A stretch of DNA of 64,000 nucleotides, taken from Eremomyces bilateralis CBS 781.70 (taxonomy: Eukaryota). Shown piece by piece: positions 51,488 to 63,534 of this stretch (its first letter is position 1; the number at the start of each line of letters is the position of its first letter). Under the pieces are notes generated by a model. That model saw only the letters and a program-made list of their open reading frames with translations. It made no database searches and had not been told where the DNA came from. The position numbers were made by a program, and so were the translations under genes. The stretch lies in NCBI GenBank assembly GCA_010015585.1, contig ML975163.1; one strand, 5' to 3'.

Positions 51488-52700
51488 AGGCGAAGTGCAA
51501 TCAACTTCCTCCACCCCGGATGCATATAGTTCTGCAATTGGAGCTTCATAACATTTTCTAACCCCAGACTTCCAGTCAGATTCACGACATGTCACGGTGC
51601 CGTGCTTGCCGACTGAATCATTCGGAGGCTCTGGAATGGCGCCGGCAGCAGAAACCCAGCTTTGTTTGCCTCGACATACTACAGCTGAACCTGCTAGAGT
51701 ATGAGATACGGTAGTAGTGCCGATGGTTAACTAAGTTAGGGTATGCAACGAATAACTTACTATAAACTTGACTAGGTCTTGCTAGATTCCCACCAGAAAT
51801 ACACAACCATCTATTCCCAGTTCAGCACACTAATACTTTCGACACTTCTTCACGGCCTACTTGAATAGCCTCGGAGTGGCCAACACGCCTGCCCATGATA
51901 GGCTTGACGAACTCCAAGATGAGATCAACGAAATCCAGCGAAGTTGCCAGCAGTTTGGAGATGAGACCAATGGGAGGCTGGACAATATAGAGACCAAACC
52001 CGGGAGTATGAAGATGCAACTAGAGAATATTGAAACTATGGTGCAGTGACCGGTCAGTCAAAGGAAAAACAGTGCAGTATAATGCTATTACGAGAAGGTT
52101 GAATCCATTAATTCGAACTACGCACCACACAATTCAATAGCAACCAGGAGACAACACTACAATCATTACTTCCCGAAGGATACGGCACAATAAGGCCATT
52201 CTAAAGCCGCATGGCGAGCATTTTAGGCAGGTATCGGACTGCAGGATACCATACATGAGATCATGGATGGTGAGGCATTGAAGTGAATTGGAATGGGCTG
52301 TCAGCTTGAGACTCATAATCTGTTGAAACTGATTGTAGAATATGGACACTACTCTGAAATACTTGATGTGGTGAGGAGTCTGCTCCTGAGTTTAATTGAG
52401 GGGTTTCATACCGATATCGGAGCTTGGATACAAGTGTTACCAAATGCCTCGTTTCAATTCATCCCAATTGTATAGCAATATCTGTATACTTGAGAGTAGA
52501 GAGATATTTGAATTGATTGGGCAGTGATTTTGAATATCTGCTTCTATTTCCGTTATGATGACGTCTTTCGTCCGTCAAGAGTTTCAGCCATTTGAATCCC
52601 ATCTCAGCTTCTTGTGTTCGCAAAACTGTAAGAAACCATCCTCAAAAAATGAATCCCGACGGAACCCCACTACAGTCACTCCAACCCCCACACTCCGGAG

Positions 52701-52719
52701 TGACTCCACTAAGAGTCAT
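52701..52719. promoter_or_regulatory. Two Gcn4/CpcA-type TGACTC elements upstream of SER1
   Basis: TGACTC 52701-52706 and GAGTCAT 52713-52719, ~130 nt before the ATG of an amino-acid biosynthesis gene. Confidence 0.6.
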
Positions 52720-52843
52720 TATTGATGTTGTGGATTTTCGGATGGATTCTTAGAACACCCACAGTGTCCTCTCCTACTTGTATTTATACTGCCGTAGTTC
52801 TCAATTCCTTTGGGTAATTACCTATCCTTGAATTGACCGCGCC

Positions 52844-54240
52844 ATGCCTCCTCGATCCGACGTCCATTATTTCGGGGCTGGGCCCGCACCGCTCCCCACC
52901 AACGTTCTCGAAGAAGCCTCCAACGTTCTCCTAAATTACAACGACCGCGGCGTCGGAATCTGCGAAATCTCGCATCGCAGCGCCGATGCCACCGCGATCC
53001 TCGACAACGCTAAGGCTGCCCTCGTCACCCTCTACAATATCCCCACCGACGAATATGAGATCCTCTTTTTGCAAGGCGGTGGCAGCGGGGAGTTCAGCGC
53101 AGTGGTATACCACTTGGTGAGTTACTGGGTTGCGAAGCGGCAGGCGATCGCTACGGAAGAGCTGCGTCTGGCGGTCGCCGATGGGAAGGCGGATACGGGG
53201 GTGGATGTGAATAAGATGGTGATTGAGAGGCTCAAGCGGGAAGTTCATGACGAGTTGAAGTTGGACTATCTAGTGACAGGATCCTGGTCACTCAAGGCGA
53301 GCCAGGAGGCTGCCCGGCTAGTGGGTGCAGAGCATGTGAACATTGCAGTGGATTCACGGGTTGCAAATGACGGGAAGTTTGGGAAGATCCCGTCCGAGGA
53401 GACGTGGAATGTGGTGAAGAGGAAGCGGGAGGGTGGGCCGGGATCGGCGATGGTCTACTTATGTGACAATGAGACGGTGGATGGGGTGGAATTTCCGGGA
53501 TTCCCCAAGAGCTTGGAGTCCTATCCGGAAGACGCTGTCGATGACGATGCACCGCTAGTGGTTGCGGATATGAGCTCGAACTTCATCTCCCGACCGATCG
53601 ATGTGAGGAAATACGCCGTGATCTTCGGAGGGGCACAGAAAAACGTCGGAAACGCTGGCATCACGATTGTGATTGTCCGCAAATCACTGCTACCGCCAGT
53701 CGCCAAGATGGCGAGTCCTGAGCTGCTACGGGAGCTGGGTCTTCCTGTTGGCCCCATTGTACTCGATTGGCCGACGATTGCGAAGAACAATAGCTTGTAC
53801 AACACCCTACCTATCTTCGATGTATGGGTAGCTGGCCGGGTGATGGCCGGACTGGTCCAATCCCATGGCTCAAAAGGCATCGCAGGCCAAGGCGAGATCG
53901 CTACCCAAAAGGCGGCGTTGGTATATGGGGCATTGGATAAGTACCCGGCCGTCTACCGCGTCGTCCCCGATCAATCGGTGCGAAGCAGGATGAACATCTG
54001 CTTCCGAGTCGGAGGGGAGAGTGCGGAAAAGGAAAAGGAATTCTTGCAAGGGGCTGAACAGCGCGGCCTCACGGGTCTGAAAGGACATCGAAGCGTTGGT
54101 GGCATTCGAGCGAGCAATTGTAAGTACTTCTGCCTTGAATTCTGGAAAGAAAGTATTGACTCTCTGCAGATAATGCTGTGTCGATGGAAGCCGTTCAAAA
54201 GCTTGTGCAGTACCTGCAAGACTATGCTCAAGCATCATAA
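52844..54240 (+). CDS. SER1: Phosphoserine aminotransferase, 2 exons
   Basis: YFGAGPA, EISHRS, FLQGGGSGEF, CDNETVDGVEF, DMSSN, GAQKN (PLP lysine), SLYNT, GHRSVGGIRASN/YNAV; intron 54120-54169, stop at 54240. Confidence 0.96.
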
Positions 54241-55803
54241 TGGAGCTTATGGAAGAACAACGAGAAAGATAGACCATGGTGGTTTCAACACGTCTGATGA
54301 TTGCATCACAGGTATTCGAAGGCGATCTTCTGGGGTTCAAAGAGTTATGCCAATTCCTGAAGGTAAAAGGAATACAAAGCAAGCAAATGCCGAGTATCAT
54401 CTATTCAAGGGTTTCTATCAGTCCCATCACTCCCATCTCGATGTCCTATCTCGTTCAACCTGCTCGGGTATCGCGTGCCGTCTTGGCTAGTCTTAATAAT
54501 AGTAGACTATGGATTCGGAATTTCGGATGAATGAGTTTTTTGCTAATTATATCAACAAGAGGAGAAGTTCAAGCGTTGAATCATGAATGTGAGTTACAAC
54601 CTTGAAGGCCCAAGTGGCTAAATCTGAACGGAGGTATGATCGGCATGATGTACCACACTCGATGCAACGGTCACGAGAGTTATATTGACTTTGGCGCACA
54701 AATGTAATGAGCATGACAGGTTTGCAACTCTATCATCTCGGAGCATGCCGTCGGTATTAATATCTAGAAGTGTGAAGGCCAGTGGTCGCGCTTCCAGGTC
54801 GGTTAGAGTTATCTGTCCAAAAATAGCATCCCTTTAACTTCCGGGACAGTTCGCATAGGCGATCAAGGGAAATCCTGTGACATCTTAATTATCCCGCCCA
54901 CTTTATCAATTAACTGAGTCAAAACCGTTCGCAAATGTCGGCCTAAAACGGAATCAACCCGGACTTCGAGGCATTCCAGTCGTCTTCATCCCTCACGCTG
55001 TACGACACCAGATATCGGCTGGTGGTGTTTCGGACGATCAGCAAAGGTACCTCGGGACCGTCCGAATCACAAACGCTACTGAGTAACCGTTACCACACCA
55101 GCTCGCCGCAACTCCACGATACCACTGGTCGTTCAATATTCCGAATTCCAGCGCTGAATCCAAGTCAGCAACGCGCGTTACCCCACAAAGTCATGGAGCT
55201 GGCCGTTTATAGGATGGAGATCCAGGACCGCCACATTGTCGAAGACAGGAACCCGGATCGTCAATGGAGTGACTCTGTGCTTCCCGCCAACAAGGGCTCA
55301 GAATTAACATTCCTGATATTAGTTCCAGAGTTCCTTATAGATTACCATGACTTTTGCGACGTAACATATTTCGACTTCTTCGCACCCCATTGGATGGCTT
55401 GAGGCTGGGCAGAGGGGTTCAAACGTCAAACACGAGAACTTGATGCTCGGACTCCCTTCGCGCCCATATCCGACCATGCGAATGGGACGTCGGCTCGCTG
55501 GGTTCCGGAAGCCAGGGGACGACTTGCGTTTACGACTTCATGCCTGGCAGATGAAATTCACCTCTCCAGTGCCAGTCATGTAATTAAAGTAGCAGCATGG
55601 TTTGTGAATGTTTCTTACATGACCTCGTGTTTGGTGCGACTCCAATTTATTACCCGCTGCTTGCGGCTTGCCATTTCGTTATGGTTGCGTAGTATAAAGG
55701 ATACTGATATGGCCAACTTTTAACTGCAATCGTCGAGTCTACTTTCGTTGCATTTGAGTCACCATATCTTGATAAAGCCCTGAATTTAAATCAATCTGTC
55801 ACC

Positions 55804-56573
55804 ATGAAGACTACGCTTGTATTGCTTGCTCTATCCTATCTTGCTGTTGCAGCTCCTCAAGGAGATGGGCTTACTGTGAAGCCTGGTGCTTGCGAGTGCC
55901 CGCTGGTCTACTGTGTTCAAGCTGAGCCGATGGTATGTTGGCTATGTCCATTCGTTCCTCCAATCGGATTCCACTGACACCTGATAGCGCTGCGAATGCC
56001 AGCGAAATGCTGCTCTAGAATGCATCGAAAAGAACAACGGCAACCCAAGATGCCCTCAACCGCCGACATGCGAGGCTTCGCCCACCAGGCCCACTCCCTC
56101 AGATCCCCCGGGAGTCACACCAATTCCGCTCCCTGAACCGATCCCAGATTCTTGCGGGGGACGCGGAGGACCAACCTGCCCCGACAAGTTCGAGTGCGTC
56201 CAGAAACCGGGCTCGCCGTGTGGCCCAGAGTCAGACTGTCCCGGTGTATGCGTGAGAAAGCGACAGTACTGCGGCGGACTGTTGGGCATTCAGTGCGATG
56301 AAGGGGAGCTCTGCATCAACGATCCGTGGGGACCGGAGTGCGGGTAAGTTGATGCTTAATGATTCTAGAAGTTCTGATAAGAAGTTGAAGCTGACTCTTA
56401 TTAGTATGGGTTGCGATGTGCCGGGAATCTGTGTTTCTGGATCGAGCAAAATGTGTGGAGGATTTGCAGGATTCAAGTGTGCAGGGCCGGAACAGGTCTG
56501 TGTAGATGATCCTAGAGACGATTGCGATCCGAAAAATGGTGGATTTGACTGCGGTGGACTCTGTGTTGGCTAG
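55804..56573 (+). CDS. Secreted cysteine-rich protein with three CGG-x-G-x-C...DC-x-G-x-CV repeats, 3 exons
   Basis: TATAAA near 55694; signal peptide MKTTLVLLALSYLAVA; introns 55933-55987 and 56344-56404 keep the frame; last repeat CGGFAGFKC...CVDDPRDDCDPKNGGFDCGGLCV. Confidence 0.88.
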
Positions 56574-57849
56574 ACCATTACAACCGCATTCAGAATGCAC
56601 CAGCGTCATTGACATCAAGGCGACGCAGTTGCGCAGCCCCAAAATTGCAAACTTGTTCCTAGTATGTCCTCATGATATGTATATCACCACGTGATCGATC
56701 GAATAGCTCCTTGTTCAAGATTTGACCGGTATTGACTCTGTTTCTGTAAAGTGTAAACCTGCCATACATTTAATGTATATGTTGCCCTGCTTCGAGGAGC
56801 AGGGGTTCAGATATTTCGCGCCACTGCAGCTAAGTTTCATGCCTTGGTTAGACTGTTAGAGGCATCAGCACCGGCCCGACGGTCCATACGGTGAGGACTT
56901 GAATGTAAGTATGTCTCTTCACTCTTAGTTGATTATTCCGTACGGTCAAAAGCGTCACAAAGAGTGCGTCAATCACCGATCTACCATAGTCCGTGGACTC
57001 GGAAGAGCGAGCATCGCAGCATCATCTCCAACCTTAAACATGAAGATTTTCCCCCCATCGATGATCGGACCCGATATCCCGTTTTTAAAAGTCTCCGTGC
57101 AACCGCATAGGTCGAGCTGAATGGCACAATTCCACACTGTTGTTTGAAACAATCTCGCACCCCAACAATCCCCCAAATCTCCCGAATCTCCCAACTCCCC
57201 AATGTCCACCATGTCTGAATTTGGCTCTGCACTTTGCCTCCCCAAACCAAGAGCCCTTCCAGCTGTGAATATGGAAAGGCAGGCCGTGAAATAGCAATCC
57301 ATCCACTCGTCCACTTAACGGATCGCATTCCTGCACAAGGTCAATCTCTTGATTGATTGGGCAGGTGACGCCGCCAATCTTAATAGCGGATCGGTCGTGC
57401 TGCAGCGAGGGCGGGCGTTAGGCGTTAGCGCGACCATCTGCCCTCCACTGAGCCCGTGTTTCGCAGCAAACATCGCCCAGTCAAGGACGAAAGACCGGCA
57501 CCTCGTTTAAGGTCAAAGGAAGATCCAGGAATTGACCTTCCGGACGTGGCAACATCGCCAGAACGTGTTTCCTTTCGGAATTGACACGCGCTCAAATGAC
57601 TGGAGCGGCGATAGGATCGAGTCAACGCGACATGTGAACCTGATAAGAGATGAATTCTAGAAACGGCTGTCGGTCCTGCTAATTTGGTGCGGGTGATCGT
57701 CATTTACGACAGCGTTGAGGTCAAGATAGTTATATAAGAGCATAGAATTTTTGTAGCTACTCCGTCCCCTTGCCGTTCGTGCACCACAACAACGGTAGGA
57801 GAGCTCCAGGACGACCACTTGAAGTCATCTTCAGGCCTTGTCGCGCAAG

Positions 57850-58593
57850 ATGAAGTCCGCCACCGCCACCGTCGCCGTCCTCTCCCTCATCCCTCTCCTC
57901 CATGCGGCGCCTCTCGCGTCGCCCACACCACCCAACATCCCCTCCGAATCCAGCGCGAGAACCATGCTCTCCGGTTTGACCACCGCGGCGGGCGACGCCA
58001 CCGGTTACGACCGTGACCTCTTCCCGCACTGGATCACCATCTCTGGCAAGTGCAACACGCGGGAGACGGTGCTCAAGCGCGACGGCACGGACGTGGAGAC
58101 GGACGACGCGTGTGCATCGACGAGCGGGAGTTGGTTTAGCGTGTATGATGGAGCGACGTGGACGGCCGCGTCGGATGTGGATATTGACCATGTTGTGCCG
58201 TTGTCAAATGCTTGGAAGGTAAGGAGTCTGACCTCTTGGATGGTTATTAGATGAGAGTGGAGCGTGCTGACTTGGGGATATATAGTCCGGTGCGAATGAA
58301 TGGACGACTGCACAGCGACAGACGTTCGCGAACGATCTGACCAATCCTCAGCTTCTTGCTGTGACGGACAACGTCAATCAAGCAAAGGGTGACAAGGGCC
58401 CGGAGGCGTGGAAGCCACCGCTTGGTATGTCTTGCCGTTCATGTACAAAATGTCTTCCTGCAATGCTAACTATGCCGTAGAGTCATACTGGTGCACCTAC
58501 GCCCGCATGTGGATCAAGGTTAAGGACATCTACAGCTTGACTGTCAACTCCGACGAGAAGAGCGCGCTGGGCGAAATGCTGGATACGTGCTAG
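57850..58593 (+). CDS. Secreted DUF1524-type HNH (His-Me finger) nuclease, 3 exons
   Basis: Signal peptide; GYDRDLFPHW, CNTRETVLKRDG, DIDHVVPLSNAWK/SGA, FANDL, NQAKGDKGP, CTYARMWIKVK; introns 58219-58285 and 58425-58480; TATATAA near 57731. Confidence 0.9.
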
Positions 58594-58897
58594 AAGGGCA
58601 GGTCGGAAGCTGTTAACGGGACCTTTTCTGGGAATCCGGCGGTTTCTGGCAGCTAGGGCGGTTCTGGTGCCTAGACTTCAATCTCGGCTGGAAACAGGGA
58701 GAATAGAGGACGTAGGACCCCCTGGATGGTGTCGGTGGTTGCATTGCTATTCTTATTTGTCTCGTGAACATCTTCAATGTACCTTTCCTGGTGTTCAAGG
58801 AGCTATCGAATATACAGCAGACACTGACTATTCGTCATGGGCAGAATAAAGATTATATACTGCTCCAAATAACCGACATACTGAGACTAATCAATAT

Positions 58898-60489
58898 CTA
58901 TTCATTCGCACACAAAGTTGGCACCATCGCCGCATTAGCCCCGACCAGACCATCAAAATAGTCGAGCAAGATATCCAACTCGATCATATCCATTTCTCCT
59001 AATGAGGGGTTCGAGCTCGTGAGCACCTGTCCTCCAAACAGCACCCTCACATACCTCTTATCCTGATCTCCGTTCTTATACATCTCAAACACCACCTCGG
59101 CACCCATCCCCGGCCAGGCCATCACATCAATTTGTAGAATCGCCAAAAGTAGCGACACTGATCCGTCATGCGCGATGTTATGCATATAGACCACCGGTTT
59201 AACTCCAGCGACGTGATCCCGCATGTTTCTCGCCAACTCCGCGACCCACACGCCATACGACCGCTTTGCCACCTCCAGCGACTCTGGGGAGTCCCGATAG
59301 AGGTATGAGTATTCGTACTGGCCGAGTCGATATACCTCGTTGGCTTGCGCCTGCGTCACGCACTCCATCTCGCTTCCAATTTTGCACGGAAGCGGCTTTT
59401 GATGACATTGGCGTGTGGAGAGGTTGTCGTAATAGTGGTCAAAAGAGCGATGCCATTCCGAGTCACTGGAGGATACCCCCGAAACCACGTCCAGGGATCT
59501 AAAAAGATCGGCAGTTGCCGATAAATGCCCAGTCCAGGCTGGGTTGCTGCTGCCAGCACCATATTGTCCGGAGATCTGGTTGGACGCAGGACAGGAGTAC
59601 GCTGGCTCGAGCGAGTCAATCGAGGAGGGTTGGATGTTCACCGGATATCTCCCATCCCATATCGCAGGAAACATGCCAGATATCACCATCCCGGCCACTT
59701 GACTCGTGATGGCATTGCTCGTGACCCGAAACGAGACTTTCTCGTCCGGTTCCGCAGGGAAGCCATGGAGGCGGGAATGGTAGACCTGGTAGAGATCCTT
59801 TCCATGTTGCCAGGAGTCCTCGAGACCAGCACGGGTGATCTGAGGGAATTGACAGCTTCCGTTGAACCCCTTTGGCGCGAAAGGATTGACTTCGGAGGTG
59901 TGGACGAACCAGTAAGTTTGCGCCGGGTTGGGGTTTTGGGGGTTGAGGGGGCTACCATAGTAGGAGAGGCCTTCGTCGGTGCATTCCCAGGAGTAGCCTT
60001 CCCGCGGGAAGGTGTTGTTCGCATAAGGGGTGCGCTTATGGTGACGGTGGATCTGGACATAGTTAGCAGAGGGAACTCGAACGTCAATCACTTGGGGTAT
60101 GATACCAATTCCACGTATGTCAGCTCATATCCCTTTGGCGGGTCTGGATACATATCCTCTCTCACATGCGGCATATTACACCAATTGTACGTTCCATACT
60201 TGACATCCGCCGGCAATGTCGACCCTCCAAAATGGAATCCGTATGTCCCTGATCCATTCACTACTTGCGTGATATCATTTATCCATGTTTGATTCGGCGC
60301 ATGCCAGCTGAGATCCACTGCTGCCGACGGGGGAGCATTCGAATCCTGTGCTCGAGCGGATGAGAAGAACAGGGCAGGAAGCACATAGCCCGCTGCGAAG
60401 CGACTCATGTCAATCCCAAACGCGATGGCAAGGACCAGCACGAGAATGCAGATCAAGGAGCCTGCGATCGAATGGACATGGCGCATCAT
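58898..60489 (-). CDS. Histidine acid phosphatase (phytase-like), secreted or anchored, 2 exons; alternative start at 60408
   Basis: YNWCNMPHVR, YVEL/IHRHHKRTPY (variant of RHGxRxP), AHDGS proton-donor motif; intron 60105-60053. Confidence 0.9.
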
Positions 60490-60671
60490 TTGGAGGGGAA
60501 GAAATTGATGGTCCTAAACGATCTGAAGCACATCCCCAGGGCATTAAGAACTCTCAACCGTCATCTGCGTCTGCCTTCTATCACCTTTCTCATAGAGGTT
60601 CCCTTTTATTTTATTTTAGTTTAGGAGGTTGATACGATTCTCCATTTTAGTAGGCTGGAGGTGCAGGTCGA
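60484..60671 (+). repeat. Diverged dispersed repeat, copy B; overlaps the start codon and upstream region of the phosphatase gene
   Basis: GAAGAAATTGATGGTCCT 60498-60515 and GATACGATTCTCC 60631-60643 are identical to copy A. Confidence 0.85.
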
Positions 60672-60942
60672 TCAGTTGGGGTTGTCAAGTTGAGATCTGA
60701 GAATTGGGAAACATATGGTGCCCTGTCGGGTCCAAGTGGCTGAAGCATCCTGTGAGGGGGTGACTAGCGATGGACACTGTCCACCGCAAGTCTGACCACT
60801 TCGACTGTGCCTGCCAATATATATTCTGTTATTATTCTCGTCTCCAATTAAAATATCAATTACTGTTGGTTAAAGAATTCGAGAATCGATTGTTAAAGTA
60901 AGACCGAGTATCGATGGGCAAAATATTTTCAAGGTTGAGGAG

Positions 60943-62781
60943 CTAGTCTGTCGAACGACCTGTCTCCTTCTCCTGGCTCCAGAGAAGCCTCTCCTCCTCT
61001 GCCACTCTAGGACCGTTATATATGGTACACTCCCATTCAGTCTAGTCGCCCAGTCCTTGCCTAGGCCATCCGGAGACGCTGTCTTCTTATACTAGCGTCT
61101 ATACTGTAGTAGATAATAGAGTCGGAAACCCAGGAAGGCAAACCTATCTCTCTCCAAATCCTCAGGATACTTCGCACCGAGGTTGACAGCGGCAGCGATT
61201 CCGCTTATCACAGCGACCTCATGCGCGTTGACCAGCATCCAGGATCCAGCAAACCGGGTGTTATTCCGCCCCTGAAGAAAGCACATCCAGGGGACGACGG
61301 TCAGGTAGTGGGTAAACGAATGGCAAAGCTGATGCCACTAGTCCCTGCGGATAACTTTGGACGGGTCGATTTCGTCGAGCGACCAGAAATGGCCCATCTC
61401 GGGACTTGTTGAGGAATATGGTCTGGAAGATGTGATCTCCAAACGGAACCTCTTCGGGAAACTGCGCTTGATAGTTGGTGCAGTCGAAGCACATCTCCAG
61501 CTTGTTGGGATCTTTCGGGTACATCTTGATCATGTACATGGGCTTGAAGGATCGCTTCGCCATCTCGACTCGTTGCATTTGGTTGATGCCTGAGAGGTTG
61601 TCTACCGCTTGCTCTGGGTTAAAGAAGTTCTCGTAATGACGCTTCATGTACTCCGTATCGTAGTGGGTCACAGTTATGTCATCTGCGAATTTGGCGCAGC
61701 CGAGCACTTTCTTCTTGCGAAAACTACCCCGTATTACCTAGGAGTCTCTTTGCTGTGTCCGGTCTATTCAAATTAAGCGGGTTTGCCTGGAAAACCATGG
61801 AAATGAATGAGGTCAACTTACAGCACACAGACGACCATCTCATCGTATTCTTCCTCAACCTCCTGCTTATGGTCGTCTAATTTCCAGGCTTATCCCAAGA
61901 CCCACGCGCTGTTAGGGATATGAGGAGCGTCATCGGTTGGATCTCGTCTTACAGTTCGGACGACTATGCCCTGCTTATTTCTCCGAACAATGCTGGTCAC
62001 CTCCATTCGAACCCTGACATGCACCCCCTTGCCTTCGAGACTGTTCTTCCATGAGGTATAGAATTTCCCTAAATTCGGGAATACCACCATAGGCGGCATG
62101 TTGCTCGCGACGCTTATTTCATCTGGTGGATACCACATCCCAAACGTTGGACTGGTACACAACCGCTCTAGTATCATCGATGGCACTTCGGGGGTATAGT
62201 TCCCCGTCCCCAGAAAAAAACGCAATCATCGGCAACACCACCACGTTAGCAAATTCCGCCGAGAACCGAAATATCTTCAGAAGATATTTAATCGGCAGCA
62301 GGGCAAACAACACCTCGAACGTCCGCACAGTCGACAACATTCTCCGGAACCGCTTAATCTCATTCTAGTGCTTCTCGAGCAGTTTAGTCGGATACACGTT
62401 CGTCCAAAATCGGGTACCTTTACCAAAGGATACCTGCAGCTCCACGGGATGAGCTTGATAACCTTGCTGCGCAAACATGGTCATGGTGTGGTGAAAGATG
62501 TAGCTTCCGCCTTTGACGCCTTGGTTGATCCAGCTCGCGTGGAATTTTTCCTTGTTGATGGGGATAGAAAAGGCTTGGCCGCCGCAGTAGTCTTGCGCTT
62601 CGACCAAAGTCACGTCGAACTTGTCCGGATGCTCAGCCAAGTGGTGAGCGCATGACATCCCTTAGATACCTTAGAACAGGGGTTGGGTCGGATCCTGTTG
62701 GTTAGACTTACTTGCAGCTCCAGCACCAACTACAAGCACTCTTTTCTTGGACCCAGCTAGGCGGCGGGTGCTGTCTGGCAT
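60943..62781 (-). pseudogene. Flavin-containing amine oxidase-like FAD/NAD(P)-binding oxidoreductase pseudogene
   Basis: KRVLVVGAGAA/RMSCAHHL, CGGQAFS, WINQGVKGGS, RFAGSWMLVNAHEVAVISGIAAA; stops at 62365, 61890, 61338, 61092; frameshifts near 62217, 61728, 61393 and ~61025. Confidence 0.9.
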
Positions 62782-63534
62782 TGTGATTGGACTTGGAAAT
62801 CGTTATTCTGATGTGAGGGACAGATGTGACATATATCGATGAAAATACAAACGACAATGGTGGGGGATGCATTCATGGGCTAGCCAATTCTTCAATGAAC
62901 ATAGAATTTGGGACAGACTTTAAAGATATCATCGATACGATAACGTAAAGTAAGTATAAGGACGCTGATATGCATTGCAGAGGGGCTGATACCTATGCAT
63001 CGCACGCAGGTCACAGCCTCTGCGAATTCATTGCGATCCTTTTCTGGTAAGCCTGCATCATCGAGGTCTCCACGAATCATGATCGCGAATCCGATCCGGG
63101 ATAGGATTCGACCATACCACAATAGGAATAGCGTATAACAAAGTGCCTGAGGCCATGGGGCAGAAACTCACCTACCTCCGCTAGTTACTCAGCGGCAATC
63201 CATATTTGGTAGCAAATATATTCCATACTCAGGATTGACAGCAATTGATTGCTCTCACGCACAATAGCCTTGACTCCAGGAGGTTATTGAACCAGAACAC
63301 AAAAGGAAGGTGGTAAGAAATGATCGTCACCCGGATTCGGAAATCATTTATGCCGATGTGACACGTACTCACCTGACCAGGCGCATTGGGAGGGGTCACC
63401 TCGTATTCTGCGCCATAAAAGAGGACGCGACGGACGCGTTTGGGGAGCAATACCATCTCTCCTCGCCATCCCCTCATTCTCCCGCCACTCTCTCACACAT
63501 TAGTTGGCTTGATAAAAGTTATAACACATTCAAA

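Noticed and set aside
54241..54490. C-terminal extension of SER1 in the 548-aa ORF
   Set aside because: Artefact of reading through intron 54120-54169; the spliced frame ends at 54240
60943..62781. A-to-I restorative editing of TAG stops to TGG
   Set aside because: Several frameshifts cannot be repaired by editing; RIP-like decay is simpler. Revisit only if reads show the frameshifts are assembly errors.
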